DNA of 64,000 bases, taken from contig QHOS01000017.1 in the NCBI GenBank assembly GCA_003219415.1, positions 42,006 through 106,005 on the forward strand, given 5' to 3'. The DNA is from Verrucomicrobiota bacterium (GTDB lineage Bacteria; Verrucomicrobiota; Verrucomicrobiia; Chthoniobacterales; UBA10450). Position 1 is the stretch's first letter, and each line of letters starts with the position of its first letter. The position numbers and the translations under genes are program-made. Below, one piece after another: positions 27,598-35,728 of this stretch. Below the pieces are notes generated by a model. It worked only from the letters and a program-made list of their open reading frames with translations. It was not told the origin of the DNA and made no database searches.

Positions 27598-28479
27598 ATG
27601 CTTGCGCAAGAACAGTGCGCGGCATTAATTGAAAGCATGTTCGGGGTCACCACCTCCGATGATTATCGGCCGGTTGCGTGGATGGGCCGTTATCCCGTCG
27701 ATGTGACCACGATGCTGGTTGGGCTGCACGTCGCGGCCGCGATTCTCACGGCTATTCTCGTCGCGATCGGAGGGGGGTCGATTTTGGCCTATTTGCAATT
27801 TGATAGTGCGGCAGTCTGGTCCGGCCAGGTCTGGCGCCTTTTCACGTATGCGTTCGTGCATGCGCCGTCAGGGCTGCTCTGGTTCGCCATCGAGATGTAC
27901 ATGCTGTTCGTATTCGGCCGCGAAGTGGAACGCTTTATTGGGCGGCGCGCCTATACTGCGCTCTATCTTATTTTGTTGGTTACGCCCGCGGCGTTGCTAA
28001 CGATTTGGGGTCTTTGGCAACGTTCCGCCCTCGCCGGTTCGCCTGCCCTGCATTTTGGAATTTTTGTTGCCTTCGCCACCATCTATCCGCGGGCTGAGTT
28101 ATTTCTGCGGATCATGACGAAATGGGTTGTGCTGATTCTTGCTGCCATTTACACATTACAACTGCTCGCCTACCACGCCTGGAGCGATCTGATGGTCGTT
28201 TGGACAAGCATTGGGGCAGCGTTCCTTTTCATTGAAATGCATGGCGCCGGGCCAGAACTTCCCTGGTGGGACGCATTGAAAACGCGCTTCGCTCCCAAGC
28301 CAAAGTTCCATGTTGTTCCCAAATTGCATTCCACGCGTTCCGCGGACCCAGATGACGTTTACACCTCGATTGATCCGATCCTTGATAAGATTTCCAAATT
28401 CGGAATCGGAAGTTTAACGGCGAACGAGCGGCGGCAACTTGATCGCGAACGCGAGCGGCTTCTAAAAAAATCCGATTAA
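27598..28479 (+). CDS. rhomboid family intramembrane serine protease
   Basis: WRLFTYAFVHA (rhomboid WR/H motif), a GSP..HFG TM4-like serine motif, 6-7 TM segments, and a soluble C-terminal tail (ILDKISKFGIGSLTANERRQLDRERERLLKK). Confidence 0.8.
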   Translation: MLAQEQCAALIESMFGVTTSDDYRPVAWMGRYPVDVTTMLVGLHVAAAILTAILVAIGGGSILAYLQFDSAAVWSGQVWRLFTYAFVHAPSGLLWFAIEMYMLFVFGREVERFIGRRAYTALYLILLVTPAALLTIWGLWQRSALAGSPALHFGIFVAFATIYPRAELFLRIMTKWVVLILAAIYTLQLLAYHAWSDLMVVWTSIGAAFLFIEMHGAGPELPWWDALKTRFAPKPKFHVVPKLHSTRSADPDDVYTSIDPILDKISKFGIGSLTANERRQLDRERERLLKKSD

Positions 28480-28572
28480 TTTTGCACTCGGCCGCCTCAG
28501 GCGAATGTCGGCTGACACTTCCCTCGAAAGCTGAAGGAAATCTGTGAGTAGTAGAAGCCGCGAAAGACGTCT

Positions 28573-29349
28573 CTAGCTTTTGCGTGCGCTCACATAAAGG
28601 GTGCCATTAAGACGTGACTCGCTGTCAAGTAGCGGATCAAACTCGCGCTGATGAATTTGCGAGAATCCAACATCAGCCAAAATTAGTTCTAGAGTTTCTA
28701 GATCATATGCGTATCGGTGCTGATGAATCTGACAAATATAATTTTGACGAAATAGAAAATTGATCTGATCCATTCTCGTTCGAACCCACGAAGGATGACC
28801 CGGAAAGGGCGTAACCGGCGCACCTTTCGTCGCTCTGGCGTAGCCTTCCAACGCTGAACCGGCGTCCGGAACGCCAAAGGTAAGGAGGCCGCCCGGCGCC
28901 AACACGCGGAAGTTTTCGCGTAAAAAAAATAGGGCGTCGTCGGGGTAGTCCAGGTGCTCGAAAAAGTGTTCAGAGTAAGTACATTCGCAGCTGCCATCCG
29001 CGAACGGCAGGCTTTTTCTTAGATCCAATTGCAAATCGGCCTTGGGAGAAAGATCGATATTGACCCAGCCGGGCTTAGCATTGTCGCCGCATCCAAATTG
29101 GAGTCGTAACCGCTGCTGGTTCCGATAACGTTTCGCCCGCCACCTTCCGACGAAGTGAAGAAACAGGGCACGAATTTCAAATAGAAGGACGCATGCAACC
29201 AACGCAAGATGGAGAACACCCCAACGCCGAAGACGTGCGGTGTTGCCGCGCCCCGAGTTCGCGGGCTGGGGCTCAATGCAAATGTGATCTTGGTAGCGAT
29301 CTTGTAGACGATTCATCGATAAAACTGGACAGGATTTGATTGTGAACAC
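28573..29349 (-). CDS. class I SAM-dependent methyltransferase (N-terminal TM segment)
   Basis: LQFGCGDNAKPGWVNIDL...YSEHFFEHL...LAPGGLLTFGVPD, Methyltransf_11/23-like motifs. The start is uncertain. Confidence 0.75.
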   Translation of the reverse strand: MFTIKSCPVLSMNRLQDRYQDHICIEPQPANSGRGNTARLRRWGVLHLALVACVLLFEIRALFLHFVGRWRAKRYRNQQRLRLQFGCGDNAKPGWVNIDLSPKADLQLDLRKSLPFADGSCECTYSEHFFEHLDYPDDALFFLRENFRVLAPGGLLTFGVPDAGSALEGYARATKGAPVTPFPGHPSWVRTRMDQINFLFRQNYICQIHQHRYAYDLETLELILADVGFSQIHQREFDPLLDSESRLNGTLYVSARKS

Positions 29350-29899
29350 ACAGAATGGGAATTCGGCGGAGATACAGTCTTCGGCATTTCATTCGAGTAT
29401 GCTACGGGCCACCAAAAGTAAAAAAAACAGATTTCCGTATTCGTATGGCTCAATAGAACCTTTCCTTATCCTGCAATGTTCAGTCTTTCCTAGGCTTCCG
29501 AAGCGCATGGCCTCAACGAACACTACGGAAACCGAACCAAAAGGTTCTATCCAAAGGCACATTTCGCGATAACCGGGACCACCAAATAGCGCCTTGCTCA
29601 TGGATGAAGTGTTCACCTCGGCAAGCTTCAGGTGTTCAAGCCCGACCGCGTTATTTGTTAGACTAAGTCCACTAACGCATTTGCTCGCACTCAAAATGGG
29701 ATGAGAGAATCATCATTGTTTTCTCCATTCTGAGATGCAGTTAATCTCGCAAGCGTGCGTCCCAACGTTTCTTGTTCCTCGCACTCGATCTGCTTGAGCT
29801 GCTCTCACTGATACCAGTCGATCAGCGATGTGATGGCGTTCTCCACAAGGGAGCGCAGTTCGCTTGGCGGGATGGAAACGCAGGCGGCACTCCGCGCCT

Positions 29900-30484
29900 C
29901 TACAGCTTGTTTCCGGACAGGCGGGTTTCCGAGATCTCGCACAGCACGTGCAGCAGAAGCTGATGCGCTTCCTGGATCCGCGCGGTGGAGTCGCTGCAAA
30001 CCAAGAGATCGATGTCAGCCATGCCGACAGTTGAGCCGCCGTCACGACCCAGGAAAGCAATAGTCTTAAGCTCACGCGCTTTTGCTTCCTGTAATGCGCG
30101 CTCAATATTCCTGGATTTGCCGGATGTCGTTAGGCAAATCAGCACATCTCCTGGAAGACCAAAAGCCGCCACTTGGCGAGCGAAGATTTCCTCGAAACCA
30201 TAATCGTTGCCCGCGGCCGTAAGCAGTCCACCATCGCCGGCGAGACAGATTGCGGGATACGCAGGACGATCTTTCATAAATCGGACTACAAACTCTGTTG
30301 CAAAATGCGAAGCATCCGCGGCGCTGCCGCCATTGCCGCAAACGAGCAACTTGTTTCCCGCGCGCAAACCCTGCTCGATCAGATTGGCGGCCTGGGCTAA
30401 TTGCGAGTCGAGTTCGAGAAGCGACTGGAGCGTCTCTTTCGCCGCCGCGACTGCGTTCTTTAAAATCACAGTTGATTCGCTCAT
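29900..30484 (-). CDS. gmhA: SIS-domain D-sedoheptulose-7-phosphate isomerase (GmhA/DiaA family)
   Basis: Internal start MSESTVILKN... gives 194 aa. CGNGGSAADASHFATEFVVRF...VLICLTTSGKSRNI...QEAHQLLLHVLCE are GmhA signatures. Confidence 0.8.
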   Translation of the reverse strand: MSESTVILKNAVAAAKETLQSLLELDSQLAQAANLIEQGLRAGNKLLVCGNGGSAADASHFATEFVVRFMKDRPAYPAICLAGDGGLLTAAGNDYGFEEIFARQVAAFGLPGDVLICLTTSGKSRNIERALQEAKARELKTIAFLGRDGGSTVGMADIDLLVCSDSTARIQEAHQLLLHVLCEISETRLSGNKL

Positions 30485-30599
30485 CGGTCTCAATACCTCG
30501 CTTCCATTTTTTTGTGAACGCAATTGGCTAGCGTGCCTCAATCGTAATTGAAACAAGCGTGTAAAAACCAGACCTTTTTCGCTTTTCGATGAGCATTTT

Positions 30600-30632
30600 G
30601 GAGAACTTTGTTCCCTTGTTCCCGTAGAAGTG
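30600..30632 (+). promoter_or_regulatory. ECF-sigma-like promoter motif, copy A (GAGAAC-N16-CGTAGAAGT)
   Basis: ggagaactttgttcccttgttcCCGTAGAAGTgc lies about 190 nt upstream of small ORF 30822. It shares gtt(c/t)CCGTAGAAGT with copy B. Confidence 0.4.
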
Positions 30633-30821
30633 CTTGTGCACGGTGTAATGCTATACCTCACACCTAACCTTCTTGGCCATCAGGCTCCAGCGAGGCTGCG
30701 GATTCCGTTGTGGAGCCCGGTCAGCCATCACCCGGAGACCGGCTTTTGGCCAACGAACCGCCTTCAAATAACGAACAAAGGAGCGCATTTAGCGACCAGC
30801 AGCCAGCTGGGACAATGAAAA

Positions 30822-31010
30822 ATGGATTTTACCAGCTTTAGTGATTCCCATTCGGCGACCCCGCACGAGCACGACGAGTGTCCGCACTGTTGTGGCGTGG
30901 TGCGGATGCACAACGGACTTTGCCTCGGGTGTTTGGTGCAAACGGGACTGGCTGAAGACGACGGCTCCGAGAGCGAAAATCTCGACACTCTTCTTTCCGA
31001 AATCGAATAA
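30822..31010 (+). CDS. small Cys-rich (CxxC...CxxC zinc-ribbon-like) acidic-tailed protein, hypothetical
   Basis: MDFTSFSDSHSATPHEHDECPHCCGVVRMHNGLCLGCLVQTGLAEDDGSESENLDTLLSEIE, 62 aa. It lies between the two copies of the promoter-like motif. No family is recognised. Confidence 0.45.
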   Translation: MDFTSFSDSHSATPHEHDECPHCCGVVRMHNGLCLGCLVQTGLAEDDGSESENLDTLLSEIE

Positions 31011-31112
31011 GTGTGCGGATCGATCACCTGCGAGCATCGCTTTTCTTGTATTTCGGAACTCGATCTTTGGATTGTGACAGTGGTGTTAAATACCGTCGTC
31101 TTGCAAAATAAT

Positions 31113-31145
31113 CGGAACCTTGACCCCCCAGTTTCCGTAGAAGTA
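31113..31145 (+). promoter_or_regulatory. ECF-sigma-like promoter motif, copy B (GGAAC-N17-CGTAGAAGT)
   Basis: cggaaccttgaccccccagtttCCGTAGAAGTaagc lies about 270 nt upstream of the priming sugar transferase start (31409). Confidence 0.4.
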
Positions 31146-31408
31146 AGCGTGCGGGAAATCAGACAAATCCAACAGCCTCTCCCGGGATGCCGTCACGCCA
31201 GTGGTCAAACATCGTTCTACTGGCCTGATTCCGATTTTCGTTTCCTGCTTTGCCCCCCGGTTTTCACATTTTTGAGGGTGAGTTTTTCGAGGGCCCGCTC
31301 CTCGGTCACGTTTCCTTAATGGACCGTAGACCTAGACGCGGGTTTCTGCTCACTCACACACTCCCGCACGGTTTAGCGGGTTAGCAAGTAGTTGGAGGAA
31401 CATATCAG

Positions 31409-32272
31409 ATGAGGATAGAAGGTTATCTCTCGCATGTCGGGCGGGCGACCAAGGGCGGCAGCTTGCCCTATAACGGCTCGAACGGGAACGGGGCGAAAGC
31501 GCCTCGCGTTACAGTCGACTTTTCAGACGCGCCGGTGCCCAGAGTGCCGGGCTGGAAATCGGCCCTCGACATCACGTGTATTCTGCTTGCGCTGCCTATT
31601 TGGTTGCCACTGATGACTTTGCTCATGCTGGTAACGCGACTCGCTTCGCCAGGACCGATTTTCTACCGACAGAAACGCGTTGGATTGGGTGGAAAACATT
31701 TTCTTATCTGGAAGTTCCGAACGATGAAGGTGAGTGCCGAGACACAAAGTCATGAGCGCTATTTAGAAGAATTGATCCACGTCAATTGTCCCATGACGAA
31801 ATTGGACGCCTACGGCGATCCACGCCTCGCTCCTTTCGGCCGATTTCTGCGCGCGAGTGGCTTGGATGAGTTGCCTCAAATCTTCAATGTGCTTTGCGGT
31901 GAGATGAGTCTGGTTGGGCCGCGGCCGTGCACGCCAAATGAGTTTGCCCATTACGAGCTGTGGCAACGGGAACGCGTGAACGGCCTTCCGGGCTTGACCG
32001 GATACTGGCAGGTAAACGGCAAGAACAAAACGACGTTCAACGAGATGATCGTTATGGATCTGTTCTATCTGAAGAACTTATCGATCCTTCTCGACCTGAA
32101 AATCATGCTCAAGACCTGCACCGTTATTGCTGCGCAACTGGTCGAATCCAGACCGCCAACACAACATAACCGGCAAGATGGTGTGCCCGCTTCACCGGCA
32201 CCGATCTTACAAACGTTGGTAGGATCGGCGCAAAAGAGTCCCCGCTCACCAACAACCATTTTACAAGCCTAA
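31409..32272 (+). CDS. undecaprenyl-phosphate sugar-1-phosphate transferase (bacterial sugar transferase family; priming enzyme)
   Basis: RLASPGPIFYRQKRVGLGGKHFLIWKFRTM...GLDELPQIFNVLCGEMSLVGPRP..., a WbaP/PglC-type catalytic domain. It is the first gene of the + strand locus. Confidence 0.88.
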   Translation: MRIEGYLSHVGRATKGGSLPYNGSNGNGAKAPRVTVDFSDAPVPRVPGWKSALDITCILLALPIWLPLMTLLMLVTRLASPGPIFYRQKRVGLGGKHFLIWKFRTMKVSAETQSHERYLEELIHVNCPMTKLDAYGDPRLAPFGRFLRASGLDELPQIFNVLCGEMSLVGPRPCTPNEFAHYELWQRERVNGLPGLTGYWQVNGKNKTTFNEMIVMDLFYLKNLSILLDLKIMLKTCTVIAAQLVESRPPTQHNRQDGVPASPAPILQTLVGSAQKSPRSPTTILQA

Positions 32273-32292
32273 GGGAAACAGCTGGGGAAACC

Positions 32293-33387
32293 ATGAAGAA
32301 ACAAATCACAGTCGGCATAATCGGATGCGGCTACTGGGGACCGCTGCTGGTCCGCAACTTCAAAGGTCTTGCGGACTGTCAGCTCAAAGCCGTCTGCGAC
32401 GTCAATACTGAGCGCCTAAAACATATCCGCACGCTGTATCCGGACGTCGAAGGCATTGCACAGACGCAGCAGCTTCTCAACGGCGCAAACGTGGACGCCG
32501 TCGTCATTGCCACTCCAGTAAAGCATCATTATTCATTGGCCAAGGCAAGCCTGCTCGCAGGCAAGCATACGTTCATCGAAAAACCGATGGCGTCCTCTTC
32601 AGCCGAGTGCGAGGAACTAATAGAAATCGCCCACCGCAACGGTCTGGTTTTGATGATCGACCACACGTTTCTCTATTCGTCGCCCGTGCAAAAGATTGCC
32701 CAAATCGTTCAAGCCGGAGATTTGGGTGAAATCCGCTATATCAATTGCAGGCGTCTCAATCTGGGATTATTCCAAAAGGACATTAACGTCGCGTGGGATC
32801 TGGCGCCGCACGACATCTCGATCATTCTCCATATTCTGGACGAATTGCCCACGACGATTAACTGCCAGGGAAACGCTCACATCACGCCGGGAGTGGAAGA
32901 CGTGACAAACATGTCGCTCTCCTTCTCGCGTAAACGCTTCGCAACCATCCAGAGCAGCTGGCTCGAGCCACGGAAAATTCGCGAAATGACTATCGTCGGT
33001 ACGCGACGCATGATCGTGTATGACGATTTGCGGACCCGCGAGAAAATCCGCATCTACGATGCACGAGTAGAACGTCCGCCGCATTACGACACGTTCGCTG
33101 AATTTCAATACTCGTACCATTACGGAGACAGTTACATCCCGTACCTCCATCAGGAGGAACCGCTAAAACTGGCCTGTCAGCATTTTGTTGACTGCATCAA
33201 AACGAATTCTCAACCGCTGACGGATGGCCGTCGGGGACTGGAAATGGTTAGGATCCTTGAGGCGGCTAGCACGTCCGTCAAGATGAACGGTGCGCCGGTG
33301 ACACTTTCTCATTCGAGTAGCGCAGCGCCGGTTTTCGCCCCAGTCAAAGTGGAAGAGATGCTTCAGGTTGAAGCATTCGCTGGATGA
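32293..33387 (+). CDS. Gfo/Idh/MocA family oxidoreductase (WbpB-like sugar-nucleotide dehydrogenase candidate)
   Basis: ITVGIIGCGYWGP...VVIATPVKHHYSLAKASLLAGKHTFIEKP is the N-terminal Rossmann plus EKP motif. It is followed by a DegT aminotransferase. Confidence 0.85.
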   Translation: MKKQITVGIIGCGYWGPLLVRNFKGLADCQLKAVCDVNTERLKHIRTLYPDVEGIAQTQQLLNGANVDAVVIATPVKHHYSLAKASLLAGKHTFIEKPMASSSAECEELIEIAHRNGLVLMIDHTFLYSSPVQKIAQIVQAGDLGEIRYINCRRLNLGLFQKDINVAWDLAPHDISIILHILDELPTTINCQGNAHITPGVEDVTNMSLSFSRKRFATIQSSWLEPRKIREMTIVGTRRMIVYDDLRTREKIRIYDARVERPPHYDTFAEFQYSYHYGDSYIPYLHQEEPLKLACQHFVDCIKTNSQPLTDGRRGLEMVRILEAASTSVKMNGAPVTLSHSSSAAPVFAPVKVEEMLQVEAFAG

Positions 33388-33457
33388 GTGGCGCGCAAGC
33401 TTCACGCGAAGCTTCGACCACACCCCCCGAGATCATCCCTTTAAGCTAAACCATAAA

Positions 33458-34576
33458 ATGAAAGTTCCCTTCCTCGATTTGAAGGCGCATCATGCTCCTT
33501 TAACTGAAGAGTTCGATCGCGCTATTCGCGAAGTGATCGAGAGCAGCGCCTTTGCCGGTGGGCCATTCGTGGAAAGGTTCGAAGAGGAGTTCGCGTCATT
33601 CTGCGGGTCCTCCTACGCGATCGGCGTGGGCAACGGCACCGACGCGCTTTGGCTTGCTCTCCTGGCGCTTGGAATTGGCGAAGGCGACGAAGTCATTACG
33701 GTTCCGAACACGTTTATCGCTACCGCCGAGGCGATTACTTACTGCAAGGCCCGACCAGTGTTTGTGGATGTAGACCCAGACACATTCACGATGAACCCGG
33801 CGGAACTGGAGAAAAGTCTGACCAAGAAAACCAAAGCGATAATTCCGGTTCATCTTTTCGGGCAACCAGCGGACATGGACCCGATTTTGGAATTTGCACG
33901 CGCAAACGGACTTTTCGTCGTTGAAGATGCCGCTCAGGCGCATGGCGCACAGTACAAAGGCCAAAAAGCAGGCACGATGGGCGACGCGGGTTGCTTCAGT
34001 TTTTATCCCGGGAAAAATCTTGGCGCCTTCGGCGAGGCTGGCGCAGTCGTGACGAACGATCCTGAGTTACGGAAGCAAATCCAGGTGCTGCGAGACCACG
34101 GCCAGTCACGAAAATATTACCACTCCACGATGGGATGGAACTGCCGGATGGACGGCATTCAGGCGGCAATCTTGTCCATCAAACTGAGTCATCTTGACAA
34201 AGCAAATTCCCTGCGGCGCAAACATGCCCTGGAATACAATCAGGCTTTTGCCGGAATCGACGAAGTTCTTACACCGTTTGAGGCGAAGTACGCGCGCCAC
34301 GTCTATCACGTCTATGCCGTTCGGGTACAGGAACGCGACGCAGTATTGCGACATCTCCAGGAAAAAGGAGTCGGTTGCGCAGTGCATTATCCGGTGCCGG
34401 TTCATCTTCAAGAGGCCGGCCGAAATCTCGGTTATACAAAGGGCGCATTCCCAATAGCGGAGAAACTCGCCGACGAATTTCTTTCTTTGCCGATGTTTCC
34501 GGAGTTGACCGAAGAACAGATCGAATATGTCGGTCGCTGCGTTAGCGAAACAGTTGGCGTGGAAGCACTCGCCTAG
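33458..34576 (+). CDS. DegT/DnrJ/EryC1/StrS family sugar aminotransferase
   Basis: MKVPFLDLKAHHAPLTEEF...VGNGTDALWLAL...FSFYPGKNLGAFGEAGAVVTND...LRDHGQ, classic DegT motifs. The ORF track start at 33368 is likely too early. Confidence 0.9.
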   Translation: MKVPFLDLKAHHAPLTEEFDRAIREVIESSAFAGGPFVERFEEEFASFCGSSYAIGVGNGTDALWLALLALGIGEGDEVITVPNTFIATAEAITYCKARPVFVDVDPDTFTMNPAELEKSLTKKTKAIIPVHLFGQPADMDPILEFARANGLFVVEDAAQAHGAQYKGQKAGTMGDAGCFSFYPGKNLGAFGEAGAVVTNDPELRKQIQVLRDHGQSRKYYHSTMGWNCRMDGIQAAILSIKLSHLDKANSLRRKHALEYNQAFAGIDEVLTPFEAKYARHVYHVYAVRVQERDAVLRHLQEKGVGCAVHYPVPVHLQEAGRNLGYTKGAFPIAEKLADEFLSLPMFPELTEEQIEYVGRCVSETVGVEALA

Positions 34577-34688
34577 AAAAAGTTTTTTGAAAACTCTCCA
34601 ACCAGACGCAGCAGAGTCCGTCGAAACGGCACGCTTTTCCAGCGAGGATTCTTGGGTGGAGTCGAAGGCGAACGAGGAATCGCTGCAA

Positions 34689-35717
34689 ATGCAAATCTGC
34701 GATCCCGTTCGCAATCCGGGCTGGGATCATCTGATTGCCTTACATCGCGACGCCGGGTCCTTTCACACGAGTGCCTGGGCAAAGGTGCTTCATAAGACTT
34801 ACAACCACCACCCTTTTTACCTTCGGTTTTCCAGGGGCCACCGCTTGGCGGCGCTGGTACCGATTATGGAAGTGCGCAGTCCGTTCACTGGCCGCCGCGG
34901 CGTCTGCCTCCCATTCAGCGATACATGCGAGCCGCTCATTTTTGATCCGGAAGCGGTCGAATTGGTAAGAGATCGGGTTGTTCGCTTCGCTCGGGAACGC
35001 CGCTGGAAACACCTGGAAATCCGCGGGGGTAAATCGTTTCAATCCACCTCGGGTTCGGCAACGAAATTCTACGGACACACACTGGATTTGCGACGCCACG
35101 TTGAAGAACTACACGAACGCTTCGACAGCCCAGTGCGCCGCGCGATTCGGAAAGCAGAACGGAGCAATATCAGCGCGCTCGTTGTTCGCAATCGCCAGGG
35201 CATGGACGATTTTTACCGGCTTCACGTCCAAACGCGTCGGCGTCACGGTCTCCCACCGCAACCGGCATCGTTCTTCCTGAACATTTACGAGCACATCATC
35301 AAGCCCGGTCTGGGATTCATTGTTCTGGCACAACGCGGCTCACGCCCAATTGCGGCGGCGGTTTTCTTCCGCTTTGGAAAGAACGCCATCTACAAGTACG
35401 GCGCTTCGGACAAGAGGTTTCAAGAATTCCGCGCGAACAATCTTGTCATGTGGCAAGGCATCCAGCTTTTAGCGCGCACCGGCATCGAAAAATTACATTT
35501 CGGGCGTACCGACTGCGAAAATGACGGTTTGCGACGATTCAAACTTTCTTGGGACACGCAGGAAGAAACAATTGATTACTTCCGAGTCGATCCATCGGGT
35601 CGGCAGTGTTCACCTCCCATCCGCCGTAAGGGCGGCTTGCACAAGCGGATCTTTGGCAGATTGCCGCTGGTATTCAACCGGCTGGCGGGTTCGATCCTCT
35701 ATCCACATCTCGACTAA
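34689..35717 (+). CDS. FemAB/Acetyltransf_6 (GNAT-fold) family protein, EPS-locus type
   Basis: WDHLIALH..SFHTSAWAKVL...VRRAIRKAERS...FYRLHVQTRRRHGLPPQP...AAAVFFRFGKNAIYKYGASD...NNLVMW...GLRRFKLSW, a FemAB-related pattern like that of the PEP-CTERM-locus FemAB subfamily. The start is uncertain (34527 or 34689). Confidence 0.72.
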   Translation: MQICDPVRNPGWDHLIALHRDAGSFHTSAWAKVLHKTYNHHPFYLRFSRGHRLAALVPIMEVRSPFTGRRGVCLPFSDTCEPLIFDPEAVELVRDRVVRFARERRWKHLEIRGGKSFQSTSGSATKFYGHTLDLRRHVEELHERFDSPVRRAIRKAERSNISALVVRNRQGMDDFYRLHVQTRRRHGLPPQPASFFLNIYEHIIKPGLGFIVLAQRGSRPIAAAVFFRFGKNAIYKYGASDKRFQEFRANNLVMWQGIQLLARTGIEKLHFGRTDCENDGLRRFKLSWDTQEETIDYFRVDPSGRQCSPPIRRKGGLHKRIFGRLPLVFNRLAGSILYPHLD

Positions 35718-35728
35718 AGGTTAAAATT

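Noticed and set aside
30822-31010. ZAS (HxxxCxxC) anti-sigma motif in the small Cys-rich ORF
   Set aside because: The spacing is H-x2-C-x2-C (HDECPHC) or H-x4-C, not the canonical H-x3-C-x2-C. An anti-sigma assignment is therefore not supported by sequence alone.
31146-31408. JUMPStart/ops (GGCGGTAG) antitermination element in the long leader of the EPS operon
   Set aside because: I read through the leader and found no GGCGGTAG or close variant.
34106-34714. Long antisense ORFs within EPS genes (34106-34714, 37370-37957, 38112-38654, 42382-42936, 54348-54917, 57417-57983, 58110-58661, 63219-63659)
   Set aside because: Each is opposite a gene with clear family motifs on the + strand in an otherwise strictly co-directional operon. 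None shows a recognisable domain.
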